Shown: positions 36,601 through 49,000 of the stretch, piece after piece
Numbering within the stretch: position 1 is the stretch's first letter
How the letters are laid out: each line of letters opens with the position of its first letter
NCBI GenBank assembly: GCA_028826165.1
Contig: JAPDFW010000126.1
Location: 62,001-126,000, forward strand
Origin: Anaeramoeba ignava BMAN
Lineage: Eukaryota; Protista; Anaeramoebae
Reading direction: 5' to 3'
Length of the DNA: 64,000 bases
The notes under the pieces: generated by a model
Seen by the model: only the letters and a program-made list of their open reading frames with translations
What the model was told of the DNA's origin: nothing
Databases searched by the model: none
Translations under genes and position numbers: made by a program

Positions 36601-39600
36601 TGATTTAAATAGTTTGATTTGATTTAAATATTTTGATTTGATTTAAATATTTAGAATTGATTTAAATATTTTGAATTGATTTAAATATTTTGATTTGATT
36701 TAAATATTTTAATTTAATTTAAATATTTTGATTTGATTTAAATATTTTGATTGATTTAAATATTTTGATTTGATTTAAATATTTTGAATTGATTTAAATA
36801 TTTTGATTTAATTTAAATATTTTGATTTGATTTAATTTAAATATTTTGAATTGATTTAAATATTTTAATTTGATTTAATTTAAATATTTTGAATTGATTT
36901 AAATATTTTAATTTGATTTAAATATTTTAATTTGATTTAAATATTTTGAATTGATTTAAATATTTTTGATTTGATTTAAATATTTTTGATTTGATTTAAA
37001 TATTTTGAATTAATTTAAATATTTTGATTTAATTTAAATAATTTGATTTAATTTGATTTGAATATTTTGATTTAATTTAAATATTTTGATTTAATTTAAT
37101 TCAAATATTTTAATTTAATTTAAATATTTTGGATTGATTTAATTTAAATATTTTGAATTGATTTAAATATTTTGAATTGATTTGAATATTTTGAATTGAT
37201 TTAAATATTTTGATTTGATTTAAATATTTTGAATTGATTTAAATATTTTGATTTAATTTAAATATTTTAATTTACGTGCATAAACCACAATAAATACAAT
37301 CAGAATCACTTAAAGATTTCCCATTTACTTTTAATGTTGATTGATGAGGACCTTCAGTTTCTTCAAGTGAAAAAACAGAAATTCCTTGAATTCTTGAACA
37401 AACTTAGAAAGAAAAAAAGAAAAAAAGAAAAATCAAAAACATGATTTGAATATTTAATTTGGGAAAGATAAAAAAAATATACCTTGTTCACATCTTCCAC
37501 AATCAATACATTTAGATAAATCAAGAGTAACTGCTTGAGTTGAATTATCAATGAAACATTGATTGGAACTTTGCAAAAAATCAGTTAATTCATTTGAATT
37601 TCCCATTTTTTCAGACATTAAATTCATATTTCGTGATTCAATTTTGGAAGTTAAATTCAAAAGACTTTTACGTAAACTTTCCTTTGTAAGATCAGTATCA
37701 GTTCTTATATTCATTCCTTCTCTAATAGGAGTAGCACAAGAACAACATTTTTTGAAGGAATGACCAATTCCTTCAATTTCAACAACACAAAATTTGCAAG
37801 TAGCCAAAGGATGAAGACTAGGATGATAACATAAACTTTGCACATTTGCTCCTGATTTGCGACAAGCCTCAAGAACATTTAAATTGGAATCAACATGACA
37901 TCTTTTGCCATTAATAGTGACAACCACTTTAGTTTGACTGACATTTTTTCCTTTTAAAACAAAATCCTTTTTGAATCGAGTGATTTTTTCTTTTTCTTGT
38001 TGAATCAATGAAAGCGAACGTGAACGTGATTTGGAATATGAACTAACAAGAGGCCAACGGATGATATTCCGATCTTCTGAACCACTAAGAATAGCGCCAC
38101 TTGGGCTTATTTTGATTGTTGATATCGGCGCACTGTGTCCTTCAAGTAAAGATACACAACTTTCGTTATTTAAATTCCATACTTTGATTTTTCCATCAGT
38201 TCCTCCAGATACTAAATATGAATCTTGCATTTGGATTACCCTTACTTTCCCTGCGTGTGCTGATATAAACTTCCCTTTGCTCTTTTTCTCAGAAAATATT
38301 CCAATTTTTCCATCCCATGAACCACTGTAGATTTTATTGTTATAAAGAAGTAATTGAACAACTGCATATTCATGTCCTTCATATGTTTTAATACATTTTC
38401 CTGACTAAATAAATTTTATTTTGAATTTGATTTTGATTTTAATTTTGAATTTGAATTTGATTTTGAATTTACTTTGGTATCCCAAGATTTAATTGTACAA
38501 TCTAAATAATAAAAGAAATTAAAAAATTTATTAAGAATTTTAATTTCAAAAAAATCATAAAAATTATTTTACCATTTGAACCAGTATAAAGAATTTGTTT
38601 TTCTTCATCAAAAGCCATTGAAAGAACCCAATTTTGATGACCTTTAAAAGTTAAAATTTGTTGAGAATTCTAAAAATGAAAGAAAAGATAATAAATATTT
38701 ATTTTGTTTTGAATATTTAATATTTATTAAATATTTATTTAAATATTTGATTTATTTTAAATATTTATTTGATTTATTTTGAATATTTAAATATTTAATA
38801 TTTTGAATATTTAAATATTTGTTTTGTTTTGAATATTTAATATTTATTTAATATTTATTTAATATTTATTTAATATTTATTTTTAATATTTATTTAATAT
38901 TTATTTAATATTTATTTAATATTTATTTAAATATTTGTTTAATATTTTGAATATTTTAATATTTGTTTTGTTTGAATATTTAAATATTTGTTTTTGTTTG
39001 AATATTTAAATATTTAATATTTTGAATATTTAAATATTTAATATTTTGAATATTTAAATATTTGTTTGAATATTTGATTTATTTTAAATATTTAATATTT
39101 ATTTAATATTTATTTTATTTAAATATTTATTTAATATTTATTTTGTTTTTAATATTGAATATTTATTTAATATTTAATATTTAATATTTATTTTGAATAT
39201 TTAATATTTAAATATTTGATTTGTTTGAATATTTGATTTGTTTGAATATTTTTTTAAAATACTTCAACATCCCATAAAATAGCTTGTGAATCCATTGAAG
39301 AAGAAAATAACCTCTTTTGGTCAATTGTTGCATATAATTGACTAATTTGATCAGTATGAGCAAGATATTGTCTAATAAGATTCCCATTTGAAGTATTCCA
39401 TAACTTAATTGTATGATCGACTCCACCTGAAAAAAGAAGGTCATTACGATTGTGAAAAGAAGAAACTTTGCCTTCATGACCCTTAAAAATAGTCAAGGGA
39501 TGATAATTCATAACATCCCAAGAAATCAACACTCCTTTAATATCACAACTATATAAAATTCCTTTATGAATATTAAGTGAATTAACAAATGATTCATGTT

Positions 39601-39960
39601 TAGAAAGTGTTGCAACACATTTTCCAGTCTTTTTTTGAAATGTTGAGAATTTTTTTATTTTTTATTTATTTTATTTAATTTATTTTGAGAAAATTCGTTT
39701 TCAAAATGAAAAATTTTTTTTTTTTTTTGCTTTTTACATCAAAATCCCAACATTTAATAACATTTTCATTTGCGCAAGTATAAAATTGATTTTCATCTGT
39801 TGAAACTTCTATTGAATTTATTGCACTTTCATGAGCTTCAACTTGAAATAACGGTTCAATTGTCTAAATTTATTTAAAAATTTGATTTTAAATTTATTTT
39901 TCCAAAAAAAATAATTATTATTGAGATCTTTACTTGTGTATTATTTGATGAAGTATTCAT
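33632..39960 (-). CDS. WD40-repeat / [FeFe]-hydrogenase-like / flavodoxin fusion protein (~1115 aa, 9 exons)
   Basis: Exons 39960-39934, 39863-39738, 39628-39263, 38669-38573, 38501-38473, 38404-37483, 37402-37276, 35379-34692 and 34597-33632 total 3348 nt, all GT-AG and in frame. ~8 WD40 repeats; 2Fe-2S domain (LCYH..TCKFC..SCATP); 2x4Fe-4S (CIDCGRC..VC; CIYCGLC..YCP); H-domain (TSNCVS, TPCIANK, EIMACPGGCIGGGGQP); small-subunit-like segment; flavodoxin (LYGSQTGDAE, TSTFWNG, FAVFGVGDSFY.HFN). Confidence 0.9.
35380..37275 (-). repeat. 1.9 kb intron of ~19-20 bp minisatellite (TTTAAATATTTTGATTTGA-like) splitting the second 4Fe-4S motif
   Basis: Lies between ...CGLC and TYYCP; GT/AG ends on the minus strand. 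Confidence 0.88.
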
Positions 39961-40041
39961 TGTCGATTTTTGATTAAAGTAATTAAAAAAAAAATGAAAG
40001 AAAAATGAAAAAAATATTTTTATTAATTTTTTATTTAATTT

Positions 40042-43000
40042 TTAATTTTTTTGATTTGAAAAATTTAATGTAAATTCATAAACTGAAACTAAATTCCCTA
40101 ATAAAATTATATTTTTTCGATCAAAATTATTCTTAATTTCATTATAAATTTGGGAATTTTTATCTTTAATTGAAAAAAGTAATAATTTTCTAAATGGATA
40201 AATTGGATCAAATTTTGTTGCAATTTTAGTTATAAATTGTTCTAATAAATCAATAAATTTATCAATATCAATATCAATTCTTTTTAAAGAGTTTTGTAAT
40301 TCATTAATTTGAGACTCTTCCAAACCAGATTTAAATTTTTCTGGAAGTTTTTCAATAATTTTTTTTAAATCATATTTTAAATGATTTTGAAAAAATAAAA
40401 GATGTTTTAATTTTGCTTGTTCTTTAAAAGTAGGTGAAGAAAGTCCAATATCATCAAAAATATCAATTTCCATTTTATTTTGTATAAATTCCATAATTGA
40501 TAATTCTGTTAATTCATTCATTTCATTTGATTCATTCATTTTATTTAAATCTTTCATTTTATTTAAATCTTTCATTTCATTTAAATCTTTCATTTTATTT
40601 AAATCTTTCATTTCATTTGAATTTTCCATTTCATTTAAATCTTTCATTTCATTTGAATCTTTCATTTCATTTGAATCTTTCATTTCAATCATTTTGCAAC
40701 TTGGAATCACAAGTTCAATTAATTCTTTGCATTTTCCATATAACCCATAATTTTCCAATTCATTTTTGATTTTTCTCCAAATTTTAATATCAATTTCTTC
40801 TTGTTTCCAATTTTCATTATTAAGAAATTCAATATCTAATTCTGGTTTTTCATCGTAATAAATAAAATTTTTAATTTTGGAAGATAAAATAAATGGTTTC
40901 TTTAAATTTTCAATTTCTTTTTTAATATAATTTTCAAAAATTTTAAGTTCATTAAATGAATTATTATAATTATTGATTTTCTCAAATTCTTTCATATCAA
41001 AATTGAAAAATTGAATTGAATTGAAATCATTTAAAGAAATTGGATAATTAATTTCTTGATTTTCATAATTCTCTTGATTAATTTTGTTAAAAATTGAAGA
41101 TAGTAATTTTGATTGAATAAATTTGTTATTAAGATTAATTCCATGTTGAATTAATGTTGAAATCATTAAATTATAGTTTTCTTTTCCTGGCAAACAAACA
41201 TCAATAAAAGATTCTTCATTAATTTCAATTATAAATTCATTGATTGGAATTTCATTCATAATTTGTAAATATTTTGTTTCTTTTGAACATAAATTCCAAT
41301 ATTCTTGAAATTGGAAATATAAATCTTGATTTTCATTTTCAATAGTATTTTTGAATTGAATTGTTCTGGATTCTTTTCTTGTTATTTTTTGATTAAATTT
41401 TTGCATTACATAACTTCCAAATTTGATAAATCCTTCAAATAAATTCAATATTTTCAATTCTTGGATATTTTCAATAACAAATTTAACAAATGGAAACATT
41501 ATTGAGTTTTCTTCTTTTTGATAAAATAAATTGATAACATGATATAAATTTGTTTTTGGTAAATCAAATAAATTTAATTTATCACTTGGTTGTTTGAATA
41601 TCTTCTGGATTTTCTTTGTGTTTTTAATAACTTTCTCGATAATTGTTGAATGATTTTTGTTATAAATATTTGAAAAAACTTCTTCAAATTTGTTTCTATA
41701 ATCTAAATCCAAGAAATTGTCTTTTCTGAATAACTTTTCAGGAATCTTATATTGAGAAATCAAATTCAAGGTTTCATGATAATAAAGAATTGTTTGGTAA
41801 TTTGATAAATTTAATAATCCTGATAAAATGGATAAATCATTCCCAATGTGTGATCTTAATTGATTAATTAATTCTTCTTGTGTTTCTGGTTTAAAAACAA
41901 AATTATTAATAAGTGAAATGAAATGTTTGGAAAATTTTTCTGATATTATTGAAATTGAAATAACTGAAAGATGAATAAATAAGCGAATAATTCTGAAAGT
42001 TATTGGATGCATTTTCCTAAATGTAAATGCTGGATTTGTATTTAGGAATTTAGAAACTGAATATGAAGTGCAATTTTCAAAAAATTTGGAATCAATTTTC
42101 TTTTGATTTTGATTTACTTTTAATTTGGATAAACAAAATCCACACCAATTTTGTAAATTAATATGTGAAAATTTAACAAAATTTAAATGATTTTTTTTGC
42201 ATAAAGACCATAAATTGAGTTTATCTTCTTCTTCTTTTTCATTTATAAAATCTGGATAAAATGAATAAGATCCCATTGAAGGCCAATATAATTTTTCAAG
42301 TAATTCTTGTTTTAATTTTGATTCTCCAACTTCGAATATAAGATCTGATGAAAACAAAAACTGAAATGGTTCAATTTTCAATCCACTAATAAACTCAATA
42401 GAATGAATTGCCATTTTGATAATTTCTTCATCTTCAATTTTTTCTTCAATTTTAGATAAATTTTGGAATAATTTGGAATCTAAATAACTTGTTCCATGTT
42501 CACTAACAAATCCAATATGAGATTCTGTAAATTGATTTAATAAATTATTTCCAATTTTGTTTTGTTCATAATAATGTATCAATGTTTTCTCTTTTTTCTT
42601 TCCTTTAATATTAATATCAAGAAAATCTTCTTGAAATTTATTAAGAATCTCTTGTGAAAATTTACATTCTTTAATTTTTTCATCAACAGAATTTTTGATA
42701 AATTTTTTGAGATTATTAATTCCTTGTGTTTTTTGAATTTCATTGTAAATAAATTTCAACCAAGTATCTTGTTTTTTTATTAAACTATTCTTCATTTTAT
42801 TGATAAATTTTTGTGGTTTTTGAATAAAATTTTTTCTTGATTTAAGAAATTTTGCAATTTTTCTAAGTGAAAATCCATCTTTGGAAAAGATTGCTATAAT
42901 ATTTTTGGATTTCTTTTTTTCTTGATCTTCTTTTCTTTGAATAAAATATTTGATTAATTTTTCATTTTCATTAAGAATTTTCATACAACAGATAAGAATA

Positions 43001-46000
43001 ATATTTTCTTGTTGATTTTCCAATAATTTTAAATTTGTTTTTTGTAACATTTCCTCAACAAAATTTATAATATCATCTTCTTCGTTTAATGAAATTAAAT
43101 TTGTTAATAATGGGATATAAACTGAATATAAAATTTCAATGGAATTTAATGATAATAAATAGTTTGTTTTGGGAATTAAATAATTGAAAAATTGTTGAAT
43201 ATTTGTGAAATCAAATTTTCCTTTCATTTTCTTATTGAAAAGTAATTTTTTGAAAATAATTTCTCCATAAAATGCCAAATATTTTATAAAATTTAAAATA
43301 ATAGAACGTATTTTTTTTCTATAATGATCAATATAATTTTCATTTAGAATTGAGAAATGTTTATTATTTTTGTGGAAAGTTTCTTCACAAATTGGACATT
43401 TGTTTTTGATTTTCATCTTCTTCTTTAGATTTAGATTTAGAATTAGAATTTGATTTAGAATTAGATTTAGAATTAGATTTAGATTTAGATTTAGATTTTC
43501 TTTTGGGTTTAATTGTAAGATAAATTTGTAATTTTTCTTTTTGTGATTTTTTGCAAATCAAAATATTATTGCAATTAACATTTTGAGAAAATAATTCTTT
43601 AATCAATTCACTTGTTATTTTGTTAATCATCATTTTATCTTCAATTATTTGATAAGTTTCTTCATTAAAATTTGTTAATTCAATTCCAAATTCATTTTTA
43701 AATAATTCTAAATTCCATTCATCATAAAGAGATTCAATTGATTTTTGTTTTTTTTCTGTTTTTCCTTCATTTTCAATCAAGAAATAAAATAATTCTTCAA
43801 TTTTTTTACTTTTTTCTTTGATTAAAAATTGTTCTTTTTGTAATTTTGGAATTAATTTTTTCATAAATGATAAAATTGAAAAGTGTCTAATTTTAGAAAT
43901 AATTTTAAAATATGAATCAATTTCAATTAAATTAATTAAATTTTGATGAATTTTTTCAAAATAAATTTTGTAAATTTCCATAAAAGAAATATCTTCTAAA
44001 TTTGAATTTTCTGATTTATAATTTTGAACCCATTTTATCAAAAATTCAATTTTAAATGAATTTAAAAAATTTTGTTGTTGTTGATTAAAAGATAGTTTGA
44101 TAAAATCTAATAATATCTTTCCAATAATTTCTTCATTTATTTTTTCTTTTTTAAAAATTTTCTTATTTCTTTTATCATTAAAAGGAATTTGAATAAATTC
44201 AGAAAATGGTATTTTTTGTTCTGAAATTGTTTGATATTGTTGAATTATTGAATAAATTATTGATATAAAAGGAATATCAAGTTCAATAATTTTGTTATTT
44301 TGATTTTCAATTTCAATTTCAAAGCAAGGAATTTCAAACTTATTAAAAAAAGTTTTCCACATATTATTTATAGTTTTTTGATCTGAATCTAATAATTTTA
44401 AATTTTCATTTTGATTAATATTCTTGAAAAATATTCCAATAATAACAATTATCATTTGAATAAATTTATCATATAAAGAAGGAGAAATATATATTTCATT
44501 TTCATTTTCATTTTCATTTTGATTTTCATTTTGTTGAATTATATTTTTAATTTCAGAATCAAATAAGAAATGATTTGTTTTAATTCCCAATTCAATCATT
44601 TCTCTTATTTTTTGTGAAAAGTTAATTTCATTTTTTGATGAAAATAATTCATTTTCAATAAATTTTGTTGTTTGAATAAATTTTTCACTTGTAAAATCTA
44701 TATTTCTTGAAATGGATATTTTCAAAAGTTTTCGATAAATTTCTTTCATTTTATTTTCTTTTTCAGAATCATTAATTGTATCAATTTTATGATTAAATTT
44801 TAAATCATTTATAAGAGGTAAAAATATTTTTGGATAAAGTTTTTCAATATAATAATATTCCCAATTCTTTTCAAAATAAAACGGAACATCTTTCATTTCA
44901 AATTGAGGAGATAAATGAATAAAGATAATTATATATTTTTTTTGATTTAAATTTTGTTCAATAAAAAATTTAATTTTGAAAAATAATTCAATTTCATTTT
45001 GTTGAAAATGAATAAAAAGTATTGATTCCCTATTTTTGATTGAAGATTTGATAATTTCTATCACTTTTTTTTCTGATTGAATATTGATATCTTGGATAGA
45101 ATAATTTTGTATTTTTTCTTGATTTATTTTCATTTTTGTTTCAAAACTTGTTGTAAAAATTATTGAATTTTGAATTTTGTTTCCAATAATTTCTTGATTA
45201 AATAATTCATCAAAATTTTTGAATGAAGAAGAAAAATAATCATTTAAAATATTATTAGTTTTTTCTTCTAAATTTTTTGATTTTGGTTTTGATTTTGATA
45301 TAAATTGTTTAACTTCATTCATTTTATAGAATTTACAAAGTTGAAATATTGTTTTCTTCATTATTTTTTCATTTAAATTTGAATTTAACTTTAAAATCAA
45401 AGAAATGAATAAATTTTCATTAAATCCAAAAATTAAATCTTTTGTTTGAATTTTGTTTCGTGTAATAGTTTCAATTGGATCAAAAAATTTATTAATTTTC
45501 TTGAGGAAATTTTGCTCTTTTTTGGATAAAGAAAAAGAATAATTAAAAAAGGAATTTAAAGAAGAAGTTGTTGATCCATCAATAAAATGTTTTTCAAAAT
45601 GATTTAATAAATTTTGTTCTTTGAATTCGTAATCATTTTCTTTTATTGTAACTAATACTAATCTAAATTTTGGATTGATAAATACTTTTCTTTCCTCATT
45701 ATAAAATTGAATTTTTGTATAAAATTTCCCATTTTCTTCATCAAAATTTTGATTGAGTAAATTGTTTAAAAATGGATATATTTTTTGATAATCAAAAATC
45801 ACTAATATTTTCCCTTCAGAAATACAATATTCAATATTAAATAATTTTTCTTTAATTTTTTCTTCTTTTGGGATTGTAGAAATATTTAATGGTTTATCAA
45901 ATAATAATAAATCTTTATCAAAAATAACAATTGAATCTGGGAAATATTTTTGATAAATAATTGAAAAAATTGAAATGTGTGAAATAATTAGCATTAAATA

Positions 46001-49000
46001 ACGAGATGTTTTCATAAATTCAAAATATGATTGATCTGATTCTTCTTGTAATTTTTTTGTTTTATAAAGATTTTCTGTTATTAATTTTTCTAAATCAAAT
46101 TTGGGAATTGTTTTAAAACCATCAATTTGATTTAATTTTAAAACTTCTTTCAATATTTTTCCTCTAATTCCAAAATTTCTATAAAGAGAATTAAATAGAA
46201 CATCTGAAAAAATTGAATAATTATTTTTTGAGAAATAAAATCCAATATTCTTAAGGAAAAAATAATAATCATAAATCCCATAAAAGTTTTTTGTTAAGTT
46301 TTTTTCTTGAATTTTGATTAAATTTGTTTGTTTTGAGATTAAAATTTTTTGATTTTGACAAATTCCATTAAATATTTTAACAAAATATTTGAAATAATTC
46401 TTTGGTGATTCTCTTGGAAATGAATTTAAAATTTCTTTTGTTATTGATTCTAATTCAGTTTCATTTGGAAGTTCATTATTTAAAATAATTCCTGTTGAAA
46501 TGTAATTCATTTTTGAGAATTGATTTGAAAATAAAATTAATGAAGGTTTTGTTAAAAATGATTCTAATTTTGTTAATTGAATATCTTTTTGAATTTTTTC
46601 AATTTCTAAATTAAGAGTCATTAATGTTTTATCTTTTAAATTTGTAAATTCTTTTAAAATGATAATTGGAATAATTTCTTTTTTATAATTTTGAGATAAT
46701 TTTTCTGAATTGTTAAATTGATTATGAAGTTGAATTGGTGATAAAATTTGAGAACATTCAATTTTGTTAATTTGTAAATTTGGAAGATTTAATTCATTTT
46801 CATTTTCATTAAATAATTTTAAAATGAATTTAAGAGATGTTGATTTTGAAGTTCCTAAAAATAAAAAATAAAAATTAATAATTTTTTAATTGTAAATTAT
46901 ATTATTAATATTATTATTTACCTGAATTTCCAATTATAAATAAAGGTATTCGAGTAAAAAATGAAATGAATATTAATAAAACATTTTCTTTAAATGATTT
47001 AGTTTTGGCAATATTATTTTCTGATAAATAATTATCCATATTTTGAATTAAATTTTCTGAAATTTTATAAAAATTTGTTTCAATATTCATCTTAATTTTT
47101 TCATTCTTTTTCAATTTTTGTTGCTTTTGTTCAAATTTTAATAAAAATTCTTTTCTTTTTCCTTCATTCAAACTTGAAACATAAACAATAAATAAAGATA
47201 ATAAAATAGATGAAGTAATTTGAGTTGATATTTCATTTTCTTTTATCAATTTTTGAGCTATTTTACTTGATATTAACCAATTAAAAATTTTTGAAAAAAT
47301 TAAAACATCTTGAAATGATTCAAAATATTCATTTGAAAATATTATTGATTTTGATTTTGTTTCAATTTGAAGTTTTTGAGTTAATTTTCTTGAAAAGCAA
47401 ATTAATTCTGAAATAATTTGTGATTCACTTTCTATTGAGATTTTAGAATTAAAGAAATTTTGGAGATTCTCTTTTTTTTGTTGAAATAATTGATGAAGTA
47501 TTGATAAAATATATTTCTTTTTTGAAATTTTTGTTAATTTTCCAAAATCATAAATATCTTCATAAAATGAATCAGAAATTAATTGATATTGTGAAATAAA
47601 TTGTGTTTTTTCATTTCTTTCAAATTGATTAGATGAAAAAGATTTAAGAGAAGCTAATAAATGAACATTTCCTTGTAAATTTTTCCCATTAATTGATCTA
47701 TTTAATAAAATTTCTTTGATTAATGATATAGATTCTTTTGATCCTTTATTAAATTCATGAAAATAAATATTAATACGATCAATTGAATTTGGATTTTGGT
47801 TTTGAATTTGTTGAATTTCTTGAATAATTTCTTCTTTTTTTGTTTGAAAATTAACATTGAAAATGATTAATGGTTGTTTCAAAATATCTTCTATTAAATA
47901 TGTAATTAATAATAACTTTTCATATTCATTTCCTCCATTAATAATTACTGGTATTTTTGCCCATAATTTTAATTGAATATAAATCATTTTGAATAAATTT
48001 TCTGATGTAAGAAAATTTCCTCTTTTTTTTTGATTTTCTTCATAATTTTGAATAATTTCATTTGTTATTTCAAATGATTTTGGAATTAATGAATTAAAAA
48101 TTTGTAAAATATCTTTCATTTCAATTTCAATTTTTGTTTCATTTTTTAATTTTTCATGGAAAATTATCATATTTTGATTATTAAAATTTAAACCATTTTG
48201 AAATAATTGTTTGATTTCGGAATTACTTATAAGAAATAATTTATATTCACCTTCTTGATTGTTGTTTTTTTTGTTTCTGAAAAGAATTGGAAAAGATAAA
48301 TTTCTTTTTTTCCATTCAATTTTGTTTTTCAATAATTTTGAAGATTCTTCTAAATTATTTGAATTTTCTAAATTTGAATTAAAATGAAAAAAAGGAGAAG
48401 CAAGTTCAATATTAAAATTTAAACAATTTGTTATAATTTGATTTAAAAAAGAATAATATTTTTCTGAATCATTTTCAAAATTTTTTTGAATAATTTCATC
48501 TTTGTTAAATAATAACCACATAAAATATTGAAGTAAATTTTTCATTAAATATTGGAAATTTGAAAAAGTTCTAAAACTTATAAATTTGGTTTGTAAATTG
48601 TTTTCAAATTGATTTAATAATAAATTGAAATATTCTTTTGAATTTGGTTCTTGATTTAAATTATTGACAATTTCTGTTAGTCCATTTGTATTTTTATATT
48701 CTCTTAAATGATTTTGATTTGATTGAATTAAATTGGCAATTCTTTTTAATTCTGGATTTTCTTCTTTTTCAATTTGAAAATTTAATATTGGATAAGAAGA
48801 AAAGGAAAAATTATCAGAGTTCATTTTACATTCTTTTTCTTTAAAATATTTTAATGGAGGAAAATTATTTAAACCATTTTCTGAACTTGATTTAATATAA
48901 CTTGGAATTTCAAAAACAATTTTAAAAGAATCATCAAAAATCCAAATTAAATTATTTTCTAATTTTCTTTCATCTTCAAATGAATTCCACATTGATAATT

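Noticed and set aside
33632-39960. Calling the fusion a literal Cia1-Nar1-Tah18 orthologous fusion
   Set aside because: The N-terminal 2Fe-2S/2x4Fe-4S region and GGGGQP motif are HydA-like rather than Nar1-like, the WD40s lack recognisable Cia1-specific motifs, and there is no FAD/NADPH domain. Kept only as a functional analogy.
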